DNA of 64,000 bases from an uncultured Verrucomicrobiae bacterium (GTDB lineage Bacteria > Verrucomicrobiota > Verrucomicrobiia > Chthoniobacterales > Chthoniobacteraceae). Below are positions 34,654 through 44,444 of the stretch, piece by piece. The translations under genes were made by a program, and so were the position numbers. The stretch is from contig CAVYKI010000010.1 of the NCBI GenBank assembly GCA_963769025.1, forward strand, positions 224,001 to 288,000. The letters are read 5' to 3'. The notes under the pieces are model-generated. The model was given only the letters and a program-made list of their open reading frames with translations. It did no database searches and had not been told where the DNA came from. Position 1 is the stretch's first letter; each line of letters begins with the position of its first letter.

Positions 34654-36006
34654 ATGAACGGAACAGACACCCTTGCCCGGCTCCGTGCCGAGATTCCGAG
34701 CGCAGGCCTCTTTGCGGAAAAGGACTGGCTGCTCTCGCCGGAGCCGCTGCGACTCGGTCCGGATGTCGTCGCGGAGTTGGAAAAGCTCGGCCACCGGCTG
34801 CTGCTCTTCCAGCGCGCGTCGAACGAACTTTACCATCGCAGCGTGGGCGGCAAGGCCCCCGCGTGGGTCGCCGACTATTTTGACCGAGGGAAGCCGCCCG
34901 AGTTGCTCGAATTCGCGCGGCGGAAGCAGTTCCGGAACGATCTGCCGCAGGTCATCCGCCCCGATCTGCTGCTGACGCCGGAAGGATTTGCCATCACGGA
35001 ACTCGACAGCGTGCCCGGCGGCCTCGGCCTCACGGCTTGGCTGAACAAGACCTACGCCGCGCTCGGTTTCGACGTGCTCGGCGGCGCAAATGGCATGCTC
35101 GCCGGTTTCCGTTCCGTCCTCGGCGATGATGCGGACATCGTCGTCTCGGACGAATCCGCCACCTACCGCCCGGAGATGGAATGGCTCGCGCAGCAGGCAA
35201 ACGAATCCGGCGCACAATGGCGCGTGCAGCGCGCGGAAGACTTTCGTCCGCATTCGAAAATCGCGGCCGGCAACGAATCGCCGCGCAACGTGGAAGGGGG
35301 AAAAAACCTGTCGATCTACCGTTTCTTCGAGCTCTTCGATTTGCCAAACATCCCCGCCGCGAAAGCGATCATGGACGCCGCATCGAGCGGTGCCGCACGG
35401 GTGACGCCGCCCTTCAAGCCGTGGCTGGAAGAAAAGCTCTGGCTCGCGCTTTTCTGGTCGCGCCCGCTGCGCGAATTCTGGCGCAGGGAACTGAGCGAAC
35501 GCCACTGGCTCGCTCTGCAAAAGTCCATCCCGCAATCCTGGGTGCTCGACCCCGCGCCGCTGCCGCACCACGCCGTGCTGCCGTGGCTGAACATTTCCTC
35601 GTGGGAGGAACTCGCCGCGTTCTCGCAAAAGGAGCGCGACTTCGTGCTGAAAGTCAGCGGTTTCTCGCCCGAGGCGTGGGGCAGCCGCGGCGTCACCGTC
35701 GGCAGTGACGTGCCGCAGCAGAAATGGGCCTCGGCGATCCATCGCGCGATCGAGGACTTCCCGCACCACCCGCAGGTGCTCATGCGCTTCGCGCACTCGA
35801 AGATCGTCGAGCATCCATATTTCGATCCAGCGACCGGGGCAATGTGCACGATGCGTGGCCGTGTGCGCCTGTGCCCCTACTATTTCGTCACCGATGGACA
35901 GGCGCAGCTCGGCGGCGCGCTCGCCACCATCGTCCCGGCGGACAAGAAACTCATCCACGGAATGCGCGACGCCATCCTCGTCCCGGTCGCGATCGCGCCG
36001 AACTAA
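34654..36006 (+). CDS. Uncharacterised ATP-grasp-like ligase (glutathionylspermidine synthase / circularly permuted ATP-grasp-like)
   Basis: IRPDLL, ITELDSVPGG, VLKVSGFS..AWGSRGV, RVRLCPYY resemble the R-x-D, E-x-N/D and K/G-loop motifs. Confidence 0.6.
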   Translation: MNGTDTLARLRAEIPSAGLFAEKDWLLSPEPLRLGPDVVAELEKLGHRLLLFQRASNELYHRSVGGKAPAWVADYFDRGKPPELLEFARRKQFRNDLPQVIRPDLLLTPEGFAITELDSVPGGLGLTAWLNKTYAALGFDVLGGANGMLAGFRSVLGDDADIVVSDESATYRPEMEWLAQQANESGAQWRVQRAEDFRPHSKIAAGNESPRNVEGGKNLSIYRFFELFDLPNIPAAKAIMDAASSGAARVTPPFKPWLEEKLWLALFWSRPLREFWRRELSERHWLALQKSIPQSWVLDPAPLPHHAVLPWLNISSWEELAAFSQKERDFVLKVSGFSPEAWGSRGVTVGSDVPQQKWASAIHRAIEDFPHHPQVLMRFAHSKIVEHPYFDPATGAMCTMRGRVRLCPYYFVTDGQAQLGGALATIVPADKKLIHGMRDAILVPVAIAPN

Positions 36007-36845
36007 TCGCCCGCCGCGATGAACTCGACCAGGTCGCGGATCGCGCGCCTGTCGAGCACGTGGCCGAAGTGCGCAGGCATCGGGCTCGGCAGCGGAGTAC
36101 GCTCCGCGACATCCGACAGCTTCACCGAGCTCCGCTTGCCATCGACGAACGACGCGAGCGCGATCTCCTCCGCGGATTCGTTTCGCACGATGCCAGCGAC
36201 GGTCTCGCCGTTTTTCAACTTCAGTACAACGCTCTCAAAACCCGTCGCGACCGTCGAGTTCGGCAGGATGAGGGATTCGAGGATATGGCTGCGCTCGGTT
36301 GCCTTGCGGAGCCATGTCAGTTCGGGCCCGATCTGGCCCCCCTTTCCGTCGATCGAATGACAGCGGATGCAGCCCGCCTCGGGCTTCTTCGTGAAAATGG
36401 CGCGGCCTCGCTCACCATCGCCACCTTCCAGGCACTCCTCGAAGCGGCGCACCGGATCGGCTGATTTCGCCAGGCGTTCCTCACGCTCGGCCAGCAGCGC
36501 CTTGAGACCGGCGTTGTTGCGCTTCGCCATCGCTTCAAAGAGATCCAGCCAAAGCGCCGGCGGAAGCTCGCCGCTCCGGTAACGCTCAAACTGGCTCCTC
36601 AACACATCATCCGCCGCGGGATCGCTGTGCACCCCGAGCCTGGTAAGAGCCCGGTGCCGTGCCGACATCCGCCCCTTTTCGAGGACAGCGATTTCCTCCG
36701 CCAGCGTCCGCTCCGGCTCCGCGTGCGAGACCGCCGGCTTTGCGGGTTCTTCCGCACGGCATGCCGCGGAAAGAACGATCGCAATCGCGATGATGGTACA
36801 GGCGTGGGGGAATGGCATGGCGTGGCGTGCCGTTGTCGCTGGCAC
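36003..36845 (-). CDS. Stand-alone PVC-type c-type heme-binding domain protein
   Basis: Signal-like N-terminus, GDGERGRAIF, CIRCH, IGPELT, SPMP. Start GTG 36845 or ATG 36818. Confidence 0.82.
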   Translation of the reverse strand: MPATTARHAMPFPHACTIIAIAIVLSAACRAEEPAKPAVSHAEPERTLAEEIAVLEKGRMSARHRALTRLGVHSDPAADDVLRSQFERYRSGELPPALWLDLFEAMAKRNNAGLKALLAEREERLAKSADPVRRFEECLEGGDGERGRAIFTKKPEAGCIRCHSIDGKGGQIGPELTWLRKATERSHILESLILPNSTVATGFESVVLKLKNGETVAGIVRNESAEEIALASFVDGKRSSVKLSDVAERTPLPSPMPAHFGHVLDRRAIRDLVEFIAAGD

Positions 36846-36850
36846 GCGGG

Positions 36851-36880
36851 AAAATACGGCCCGGCCCGCAAGACCGTCAA
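36851..36880 (-). promoter_or_regulatory. Putative sigma70 promoter for the cytochrome gene
   Basis: Minus strand TTGACG-N18-TATTTT, 5 nt before GTG 36845. Confidence 0.45.
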
Positions 36881-37101
36881 CGACCGCGCTTGTCCAAGAC
36901 CGGCCAATTCTAGCCGCCGAAAGGAAGCTCCCACCGGCGACATTCCCAAAAGCGTCTCACTCACGTTGCCGCCCACCGTCTGGGGAGCGTGTTCCGCCAT
37001 GCCGCCGGCGTTTCGACCTGTCCGCTGATTCGGCGTCTTCGGGCTTCGGCGGATCTCACTTGGTGCTTCCGTCGCCGCGCGCGATGCGGCACTTTTTCCG
37101 C

Positions 37102-37962
37102 ATGAACCGCCGCGCCGCCCTCACGACCCTCGCCACCGCTGCCACCGCCGGGCTGACCTCGGCCTTCGCGGAGGAAGCGCCGTATCGCATCAAGAACGGC
37201 CGCATCAAGCAGTCCGTCGTGCCGTGGTGTTTCAATCCGATGCCCGTCGAAGAACTCGCGAGGCACTCCGCAGCCATGGGCCTCAAGTCCGTCGAACTGT
37301 GCGACCCGAAGCACTGGCCTTTGCTGAAGGAACTCGGCATGACGTGCGCCATCGCGGGCAGCCACGGTTTTGCGAAAGGCTTCGCACATCGCGAGGAATG
37401 GGACGAGTGCCACGCGAAACTCCGTGAGCGAATCGGCCAGTGCGCCGACGCTGGCGTGGAACGGCTCATCACGTTCAGCGGATTCCGCCGCGGGATCAGC
37501 GACGAGGAAGGAATCAAGAACATGGTCGAGGGGCTCAAGGTTGTCGTTCCGCTCGCGGAGGAGAAAAAGGTGACGCTCTGCATCGAGATGCTGAATTCGC
37601 GCGTGAGCACGACGATGAAGGGCCACCCGGACTACTTCTGCGACTCCATCGAGCGCACGATCGAGATCATCAGGCAGATCGGCTCGCCGCGCGTGAAGCT
37701 GCTCTTCGACATCTACCACGTGCAGATCATGCACGGGGACGTCATCAGCCGCATTCACCAGCACAAGGAATCCATCGCGCACATCCACACCGCCGGCGTC
37801 CCCGGACGCAACGAGATCGACGACACGCAGGAGATCAACTACCCGCCGATCATGAAGGCTTTGCTCGATGTCGGCTACGACGGCTTCGTCGGCCAGGAAT
37901 TCATCCCGACGCGCGACAAGGTCGCCTCGCTCGCGCAGGGCGTGAGGATTTGCGACGTCTGA
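37102..37962 (+). CDS. Hydroxypyruvate isomerase-family TIM barrel, Tat-exported
   Basis: MNRRAAL Tat-like signal, EMLNS, LLFDIYHVQIM, HIHTAGVPGRNE, GQEFIP. Confidence 0.88.
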   Translation: MNRRAALTTLATAATAGLTSAFAEEAPYRIKNGRIKQSVVPWCFNPMPVEELARHSAAMGLKSVELCDPKHWPLLKELGMTCAIAGSHGFAKGFAHREEWDECHAKLRERIGQCADAGVERLITFSGFRRGISDEEGIKNMVEGLKVVVPLAEEKKVTLCIEMLNSRVSTTMKGHPDYFCDSIERTIEIIRQIGSPRVKLLFDIYHVQIMHGDVISRIHQHKESIAHIHTAGVPGRNEIDDTQEINYPPIMKALLDVGYDGFVGQEFIPTRDKVASLAQGVRICDV

Positions 37963-37963
37963 C

Positions 37964-37993
37964 CGCCGCGCCGATCTGGATGTCGGCGTGGCG
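37964..37993. terminator. GC-rich hairpin between convergent genes
   Basis: CGCCGCGCCGA-N8-TCGGCGTGGCG; no U-tract. Confidence 0.4.
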
Positions 37994-37996
37994 TCG

Positions 37997-38425
37997 CTAC
38001 GGCATCCGCCCTTCCTCGACATCGAACAGGTCGAAGAACGTCACGATGTCCTCCCGGTGCCCAAGCCCGGCCTGCTCGCGCTGCGCCACCAAACCGCCAG
38101 ATGCGGCATCGCGCCAGCCGCGCTTGCTCATGAAGCCATTCCAGATCTCAATCTGCTCCGCGTCCGGCCTGCGTCCGGTCTGGAAACACCATTCGAGGAT
38201 CTCCTCATCCGTCCCGCCCTGCAGCGTGCGCGCCACGAGCGCCTCGTATTCCACGCCGAGCAACCTGCACACGCGGTCGTCAAATGTCCGCTTTCCCGCG
38301 ATGACTCCGACGTTGTAGCCCGCCGGCAGCTTCCCCTGCGCATTGAGGCGGATCTTGTCGAGGATGCGGCCGAAAACAAAGATCCCGCCGACGGGATCGC
38401 GAGCAGAGCGGATGGGGAAGGACAT
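37997..38425 (-). CDS. DUF5069-like protein
   Basis: FGRILDKIRL..QGKLP.GY, FDDRVCRLLG, TDEEILEW, WNGFMSKRGWRD. Confidence 0.72.
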   Translation of the reverse strand: MSFPIRSARDPVGGIFVFGRILDKIRLNAQGKLPAGYNVGVIAGKRTFDDRVCRLLGVEYEALVARTLQGGTDEEILEWCFQTGRRPDAEQIEIWNGFMSKRGWRDAASGGLVAQREQAGLGHREDIVTFFDLFDVEEGRMP

Positions 38426-38559
38426 GCATGGTGCATAGCCGCTCCCTCGCGACAGCACCAGCCTTGGCACTGCATCGGCCACCCGCCTCCGCCCGAATCG
38501 TGGACGCCTCCGCTCCTCGCGCCGCGATTGGCTATTGAATCCCAACCATCGGATTGCGG

Positions 38560-39528
38560 ATGGTGCGCGGCACTGTGCTGGTCCTCGACGTTTTCACGCA
38601 AGTCCTGCTCCCGATCCTGATCATGTTCGGTTCGGGCTGGCTGCTCGACCGGAAGTGGAACCTGAACCTCGCCACGGTGGTGAAGCTGAACATCAACGTC
38701 TTCGTGCCGGCGTTCATTTTCTACGAGCTGTGCACGGCGAAACTGGATGCGGTGCTCGCGGGCAAAGTGATCGGCTTCACCCTCGCGGAAATGGCCGTGC
38801 TCTTCATCATCGCCGACGTGGTCGCGCGGCTGCGGCATCGCACGCTGGAGGAGCGGCGCTCGCTGCAAGTGGCGTCCATCTTTTACAACTCGGCAAACTA
38901 CGGCATCCCGCTCATGGCGCTCGCCTTTCCGCCCGCGGCGCTCGGCGTGCCGGGGCTCGCGCAGGTGCTGCAGGTCTTCATCATCCTCGTCCACAACATC
39001 GGGAACTTCACCTTCGGCATCTTCCTCGTCTCCTCGTCGCGCGTGCCCGGCTGGCGCGCTGCGCTGCCGATGCTGCGGCAGGCGAGCGTGTGGTCCGTCG
39101 GCGTGGCGCTCTGCGTGCGCGGCATCCTCGGACCGGTGAACCCCGACCTCGTCGGCGGCATGCGCTGGCTGTGGGTGCCGGTGAAGTATTTCCACGACGG
39201 CCTCGTCGCCGTCGCGCTCATCACGCTCGGCATCCAGCTTTCCAAGACGCACGCGCGTGCCGCGCTGCCGCGGCTCGGCTGGGCGCTCGGCCTCCGCCTG
39301 ATCGCCGGGCCGCTCGTCGGCTGGGCGCTCGTGCCGCTGTTCGGCTTCACCGGGGAGACGGCGAAAATCATGATCCTCAGCACGAGTTTTCCCACCGCGG
39401 TGAACACCGCGCTCATCGCGCATGAGTTCAACGGCGACACCGAATACGCGACCGGCGCGGTCTTCTGGAGCACCATCTTCAGCATGGTGACCGTGACCGC
39501 GCTCATCGTGATTCTGAAGATGGTGTGA
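38560..39528 (+). CDS. AEC (auxin efflux carrier)-family transporter
   Basis: Many TM helices; NSANYGIP and PTAVNT motifs. Confidence 0.85.
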   Translation: MVRGTVLVLDVFTQVLLPILIMFGSGWLLDRKWNLNLATVVKLNINVFVPAFIFYELCTAKLDAVLAGKVIGFTLAEMAVLFIIADVVARLRHRTLEERRSLQVASIFYNSANYGIPLMALAFPPAALGVPGLAQVLQVFIILVHNIGNFTFGIFLVSSSRVPGWRAALPMLRQASVWSVGVALCVRGILGPVNPDLVGGMRWLWVPVKYFHDGLVAVALITLGIQLSKTHARAALPRLGWALGLRLIAGPLVGWALVPLFGFTGETAKIMILSTSFPTAVNTALIAHEFNGDTEYATGAVFWSTIFSMVTVTALIVILKMV

Positions 39529-40621
39529 AGTGCGGCGGGACCGGGATCACCTTTCGCGTGAGCCATTCGAGCACGCGCGGCCAGCGGCGGGCGGCGGACA
39601 GGAGCGCGGAGGCGAAACGCGGATGCAGGCACGCCGCGCGGGCGAGGCGGTTCACCCAGAGGCGGCCGCGGTAGAGTTGCGCGTGGCTTTTCGCGTAGCC
39701 GGAAATGTCGCGCGAGCGGACGTGCGTCGCGGCGAGTTCTCCGGTGGCAAGCGCGTAATAGATCCCCTCCCCCGTGAATGGCTCGACGACGCGAGCCGCG
39801 TCACCGACGAGCAGCAGCCCTTCACGCGCAGGCCGCAGCGCAGCGCGGGAAAGCGGCGTGACGGTGCGCCATGACTGATCCGCGCCGAGGTGAAACCGCG
39901 CGACGGCCCACGCCTTCAGCGCGCCGATGTCCCGCGGGCGCGCGACGAGGCAGAGGTTCAGCAGACCGTCGCCGACCGCCGCGAGGCCGCTGTAGCCCCA
40001 CGGCAGGAACTGCATCACCACGCGCCCGCCGAGTTCCGGCGTCGCGGGAAAGTGGGTCTGCAGCGCCACGCGATCCTTCGCGGCGTCGGGGAGGATTCCG
40101 AGCAGGCGAGCGACGGTGGAATTGCGCCCATCCGCCGCGACCAGCGTGCGGGCGGTGAAGGTGCGTCCACCGGCGGTGATGCGCCAGACCGCCCCGTCGC
40201 GCACCACGCGCTCGACGGCGGTTCCTTCGCACACGCGCGCACCGCGCGCCTTTGCGGTTTCGAGCAGCAAGGCATCGAGGTGACTGCGACGGACGCCGAG
40301 TTCTGCGCGCGCTCCGTCCGGAAGGTCGCAACGGAGCGAGCGCCCCTGCGCGTCAGCAAACTCCACGCTGCGGAGCGGGCTCGACGGCAGCGCGCGGACG
40401 GCGTCGTCGATACCGAGCCGCGCAAGCACAGGCCATGCGGCGGGGTTCAGGCAATCGCCGCATACTTTCTCGCGGGGAAAAACTTCGCGCTCGATCAGCA
40501 GCGTCCGCAAACCGCCCGCCGCACAAACTGCCGCGCAAACGGAACCGCCAGGACCGCCGCCGACGATGGCGACTTCGTAGCCGTCGCCGGGCGGCCGAGG
40601 TGAAGTGGATGATGCCGGCAT
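39503..40621 (-). CDS. FAD-dependent oxidoreductase, geranylgeranyl-reductase family
   Basis: IVGGGPGG, FPREKVCGD, AADGRNS, VGDAA...PFTGEGI. Confidence 0.85.
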   Translation of the reverse strand: MPASSTSPRPPGDGYEVAIVGGGPGGSVCAAVCAAGGLRTLLIEREVFPREKVCGDCLNPAAWPVLARLGIDDAVRALPSSPLRSVEFADAQGRSLRCDLPDGARAELGVRRSHLDALLLETAKARGARVCEGTAVERVVRDGAVWRITAGGRTFTARTLVAADGRNSTVARLLGILPDAAKDRVALQTHFPATPELGGRVVMQFLPWGYSGLAAVGDGLLNLCLVARPRDIGALKAWAVARFHLGADQSWRTVTPLSRAALRPAREGLLLVGDAARVVEPFTGEGIYYALATGELAATHVRSRDISGYAKSHAQLYRGRLWVNRLARAACLHPRFASALLSAARRWPRVLEWLTRKVIPVPPHFTPSSESR

Positions 40622-40670
40622 GTTCCGTGTGTGATTCGTCCAGCAACACGCAAAGGGCGAGTGCATTTCG

Positions 40671-40771
40671 GGTAGGGCGCTTTCGCCGAAAGCGCCCGCG
40701 CATCCCGGACAGTTGTCTGATCCTGCAAACCGTGGGTGAACAGCGGGCGGCCTCGGCGAGGCCGCCCTACC
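40671..40771. repeat. REPIN-like doublet of inverted family-1 GTAG REPs
   Basis: GGTAGGGCGCTTTCGCCGAAAGCGCCC (40671-40697, +) and GGTAGGGCGGCCTCGCCGAGGCCGCCC (40745-40771, -). Confidence 0.85.
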
Positions 40772-41882
40772 CGCTCGACTCCACGAACGCCTCGGCCACG
40801 CTGTCGGCCAGGAGCTTTCCGCGGCGGGTGAGGCGCACGATGCCGGCTTCCTCGCACAGCAGGCCGATGCGCTCGAACTCCGCGATCGCCGCGCTCCACG
40901 GCGCGAGTTCCGCGCGCGGGATGCCTTCGGCCATGCGGATGCGGAAGGCGGCGATCTCCCCGGCGCGCGTAGCGGCAGCGAGTTCCTCGCGGACGCCGAA
41001 GGCGGGCGCGCCGCCGAGGATGCCGCGGGTGTACGCCGCGGTGTCGCGCACGTTTTCCCACCGCGAGTGGCCCACGGTGCTGAATGCGCCGGGACCGAAT
41101 CCGAGATAATCCGCGCCGAGCCAGTACGCGCGATTGTGCTGCGATTCGCGGCCAGCGCGGGAATAGTTGGAGATTTCGTACTGCGCGAAGCCGCCCGCAG
41201 TGAGCCCGTCCATCGTCTCCTCGAAAAGCTGCGCGTCTCGTTCCTCGTCCTGCCGGAACTCGCCGTGCGCGAGCTTTTGAAAATACGCGGTGTCCTCCTC
41301 GTAGGTGAGGCAGTAGCTGGAAATGTGATCCGGCTTCAGCGCGATCGTCTTCTCCAGCGTCGCGCGCCACTGCGACGGGCGCTGGCCGGGCACGGCGAAC
41401 ATGAGGTCCAGATTGATCTGCGGGATGCCGCTCGCGCGCAGCACTTCATACGTGTGCTCCGCCTGCGCAGCGGTGTGGACCCGGCCCAGCGTCTTCAGCA
41501 GCGCGTCGTCCCACGACTGCACGCCGAGGCTCACGCGCGTGACGCCCATTTCGCGGAGCAGTCGCGCCTTTTCCTCGCGCACCGTCGCGGGGTTCGCTTC
41601 CACGGTCCATTCGCGCAGCGCCGAGAGATCGAGCCGTTCGCGCAGTCCGCCGAGCAGGTGTTCCAGTTGCGCGGTCAGCAGCGAAGTCGGCGTGCCGCCG
41701 CCAAAGTAGATCGTCTCCGGCCGCAGCGTGTGGCTCTCACCCGCGCGCTCCACTTCGCGCAGCAGCGCGTCGAGGAAGTCGCGGTTCTTGTTCTTCGCGC
41801 CGACCTCGACGTAGAAGCTGCAATACGGGCACAGCTTCGGGCAGAACGGGATGTGGAAGTAGAGATGCCGGATGGTGGTCAC
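40767..41882 (-). CDS. hemW: Radical SAM heme chaperone HemW (HemN-like)
   Basis: LYFHIPFCPKLCPYC, YFGGGTPT, YEISNY, HNRAYW. Confidence 0.88.
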   Translation of the reverse strand: MTTIRHLYFHIPFCPKLCPYCSFYVEVGAKNKNRDFLDALLREVERAGESHTLRPETIYFGGGTPTSLLTAQLEHLLGGLRERLDLSALREWTVEANPATVREEKARLLREMGVTRVSLGVQSWDDALLKTLGRVHTAAQAEHTYEVLRASGIPQINLDLMFAVPGQRPSQWRATLEKTIALKPDHISSYCLTYEEDTAYFQKLAHGEFRQDEERDAQLFEETMDGLTAGGFAQYEISNYSRAGRESQHNRAYWLGADYLGFGPGAFSTVGHSRWENVRDTAAYTRGILGGAPAFGVREELAAATRAGEIAAFRIRMAEGIPRAELAPWSAAIAEFERIGLLCEEAGIVRLTRRGKLLADSVAEAFVESSG

Positions 41883-41918
41883 GCGCTCACCTCCCGGTGC
41901 GAACTCCGCAAATCGCGG

Positions 41919-42524
41919 CTATTCCTTCCCCTTCTCCGAACCGATCCGCTTCGTCATGGATTGCTCCACCCGGCCGGAATAGTCGCTGACGCTGGGATCG
42001 ACTTCGCGGATCTTTTGGAAGAGCGCGCGGTTGTAGTTCAGCAGCGCCTTGTGGGCCTCGGCCTCGTTCAGTTCGCTGTCGGCCTTGCCTTTGAGGTCCT
42101 TGAGGCTCGGATCCTCCAGCGCGCGCGCCTTCGCCGCGCGGAACCTCGTCGCATCGTCGCCGCCGGTGGAAGTCGGAGGAGGCAGGCTGCCTTTTTTCGG
42201 CGAGGGCTTCGTAGTCTTCGGCCCGGGGACTGTGGCGGGCTTCGCCGTCGCGGTGACTTTCTCCGTCGTGGAGGACGCCTCCGTGGCCGGCTTGGCCTTC
42301 GGGCGCGGACGGCGCTTCACCACGGGCGCAGGCGTGGGCGCCGGAGTCGGCGCGGGGCGAACCCCGAAGAGGCGCTGGAACCACGAAAGCTTCTTTTCCG
42401 GCTGCGCCTCGGTAGTGGCGGGCTTCGGGGCGGGAGTCTGCCGGGCAGCCGCGGGATTGAGCGCCGCTTCGAGCGGGGACAGGGCAAAGGTGGAGACGAG
42501 GATTGCGACGGAGAGCTTACGCAT
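41919..42524 (-). CDS. Hypothetical exported Pro/Lys/Thr-rich protein
   Basis: MRKLSVAILVSTFALSPLEA signal, low-complexity linker, short helical C-terminal domain. Confidence 0.65.
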   Translation of the reverse strand: MRKLSVAILVSTFALSPLEAALNPAAARQTPAPKPATTEAQPEKKLSWFQRLFGVRPAPTPAPTPAPVVKRRPRPKAKPATEASSTTEKVTATAKPATVPGPKTTKPSPKKGSLPPPTSTGGDDATRFRAAKARALEDPSLKDLKGKADSELNEAEAHKALLNYNRALFQKIREVDPSVSDYSGRVEQSMTKRIGSEKGKE

Positions 42525-42570
42525 GGGTTTGGTTGGCAATTGGCGGGGAATAGTGTTGTACGAACGCTGC

Positions 42571-43749
42571 TTGTCGAGTCTGTCTTCCAAGTCTGCCACG
42601 GATGGAGCCCCTGCGAAACTGCGAAGCTGGGTGGAGGTGGATCTTGCCGCCATCCGGCGAAACCTCGCCGCGCTCGCGTCCGTCGCCGGGCCGGCGGTGA
42701 AAATCATGGCGGTCGTAAAGGCGAACGCCTACGGCCACGGCGCGCGCGAAGTGGCCGCCGCGCTCGCGGGACGCGTCGCGATGTTCGGCGTCGCGAATTT
42801 CACCGAGGCGGAGGCGATTTCAGCAGGTCGCGCGCGGCACGCCGATCGTCCTGCTCAGCGCCACGCTGCCCGCCGAACATGAGGCCATCGCGCGCCACGG
42901 CTTCATTCCGTTCGTGTCGAGCTTCGAGGAGGCGCGAGCAATATGCGTCGCACGCCGCCGGAGGACGCGTGCAGGTCCACCTCGCGGTCGATACCGGAAT
43001 GGGCCGGATCGGCGTCGTGGGAGCAGGACGCGATCGAGACCGCGCGGCGGATGCTCGCGTTGCCGGGCATCGAAATCACGGGCATCACCTCGCACCTTCC
43101 CGTCGCGGATGAGGATGCCGCTTTCACCACGGAACAGCTCGCACGCTTCCACTCGCTCGCCTCGCGACTCCGCACCGCCGGCCTGCCCGACGCGCTCGTG
43201 CACATCGAGAACAGCGCCGGCCTGCTCGGCTTTCCCGACCTCGCCGGAGCCCTCGCCCGGCCCGGGCTCGCGCTCTACGGCGAGGCTCCCCTGCCCCGAT
43301 TCCAGCCGAAACTCGAGCGGGCGCTGACTTGGAAGACGCGTGTGCTGCTGGTGCGAGACCTCGGAAAGGGCCGCAGCGTCAGCTACGGGCGGACGTTCAT
43401 CACGCCGGGCCCGATGCGCATCGCGACGCTGGCTGCCGGCTATGCGGATGGCTATCCGCGGCACCTCTCCGGACGCGGCGCGACCGTCCTCATCGGCGGA
43501 AAGCGCTGCGCCGTCCTGGGCCGCGTGACGATGGATCAAATCATGGTGGACGTGGGCGGCGTGCCGACGGCACCGGGCGATGAAGTCGTGCTGCTCGGCC
43601 AGCAGGGCGAAGAGCGGATCACCGCCACGGAAATCGCGTCGCTCGCGGGAACCATCCCGTGGGAAATTTTCACCGGCATCAGCGCCCGCGTGGCGCGGCT
43701 GTACCGAAATGGCGATTCTTCTGCTTCCACAACGCCGATTCCAGCGTAG
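42571..43749 (+). CDS. alr: Alanine racemase (frameshifts at ~42820-43020)
   Basis: WVEVDLAAIRRN, AVVKANAYGHG, VHLAVDTGMGRIG, SYGRT, GYADG, GRVTMDQ. TTG start at 42571 inferred. Confidence 0.92.
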
Positions 43750-43773
43750 GTATTTCCCGAATCCCACCCGCCG

Positions 43774-44139
43774 ATGTACCAGATCATCTTCAACGAAATC
43801 AGCGCCGCCGAGATGGCCGCCCTGCCAAAGGAGCTTCAGCTCGATCTGCTCGCGGAATTTGAAGCCCTCCCGGAAAATCTCGACGAACTGGACCCGGAGA
43901 AATTCGGCAAGCTCGAGCGCGAAGGAAAAACGCTGCACCGGTATCGCGCGCGGGAGCACCGCATCTACTTCGAGCGGCGTCCCGAGGGCATCACCGTGCA
44001 TCGCGTGCTGCACAAGAACACGCTCCAGGATTTCCTTTTCCGCTCGAAGCTTTCCTCCGCCGAGGACGAGCAGCTCAGCAAGAAGGAGGACTTCTGGAAA
44101 CTCATCGAGGCCGGAGCCAAAGCCGGGAAGCGGCGTTGA
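43774..44139 (+). CDS. Small RelE/ParE-like protein
   Basis: 121 aa; MYQIIF...LHRYRAREHRIYF...VHRVLHK resembles the RelE YRxRxxxYRIxY...V pattern. Confidence 0.55.
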   Translation: MYQIIFNEISAAEMAALPKELQLDLLAEFEALPENLDELDPEKFGKLEREGKTLHRYRAREHRIYFERRPEGITVHRVLHKNTLQDFLFRSKLSSAEDEQLSKKEDFWKLIEAGAKAGKRR

Positions 44140-44435
44140 ACGCAAAGCTCTGGGGTTGCGTGATCATGGGCGTCCTCGTGGCGCACCTCGCCGTGCTGAT
44201 CATCTGGGACAATTACCGCTCGATGGGGAAGCCGCGCCCCAAGCTCCTGGAGCCGACGTTCTTCACCGCCACGACGACCTTCACGAACGCGCGCGGAGAA
44301 GCTGTGAAGGTGCTCACCGAATTCACGGTGCAGACCGAACTCGCCAAGCCGGAGCTGCTCGAGCAGCTCCCCCCGGCGCCGGCGCAGGGTATCGCTGAGC
44401 CGGCGAAACCAGCGGAGCCGGCCGCTTCGCGTTGA
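44136..44435 (+). CDS. Hypothetical single-TM protein
   Basis: TTG start overlapping the upstream stop (TTGA); N-terminal TM; ends 9 nt before the next ATG. Confidence 0.55.
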   Translation: MNAKLWGCVIMGVLVAHLAVLIIWDNYRSMGKPRPKLLEPTFFTATTTFTNARGEAVKVLTEFTVQTELAKPELLEQLPPAPAQGIAEPAKPAEPAASR

Positions 44436-44444
44436 ACGGACGAC

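Noticed and set aside
37964..38000. GTAG + hairpin at the DUF5069 stop (also at 15515 and 23616) as further REP copies
   Set aside because: No match to either repeat consensus; G before a TAG stop is expected by chance at this GC content.
39503..40621. Secondary-metabolite cluster around the FAD oxidoreductase
   Set aside because: No PKS, ACP or methyltransferase neighbours in the window.
40767..41882. Coproporphyrinogen dehydrogenase HemN
   Set aside because: Length of 371 aa, no N-terminal extension and an HNxxYW motif fit HemW better.
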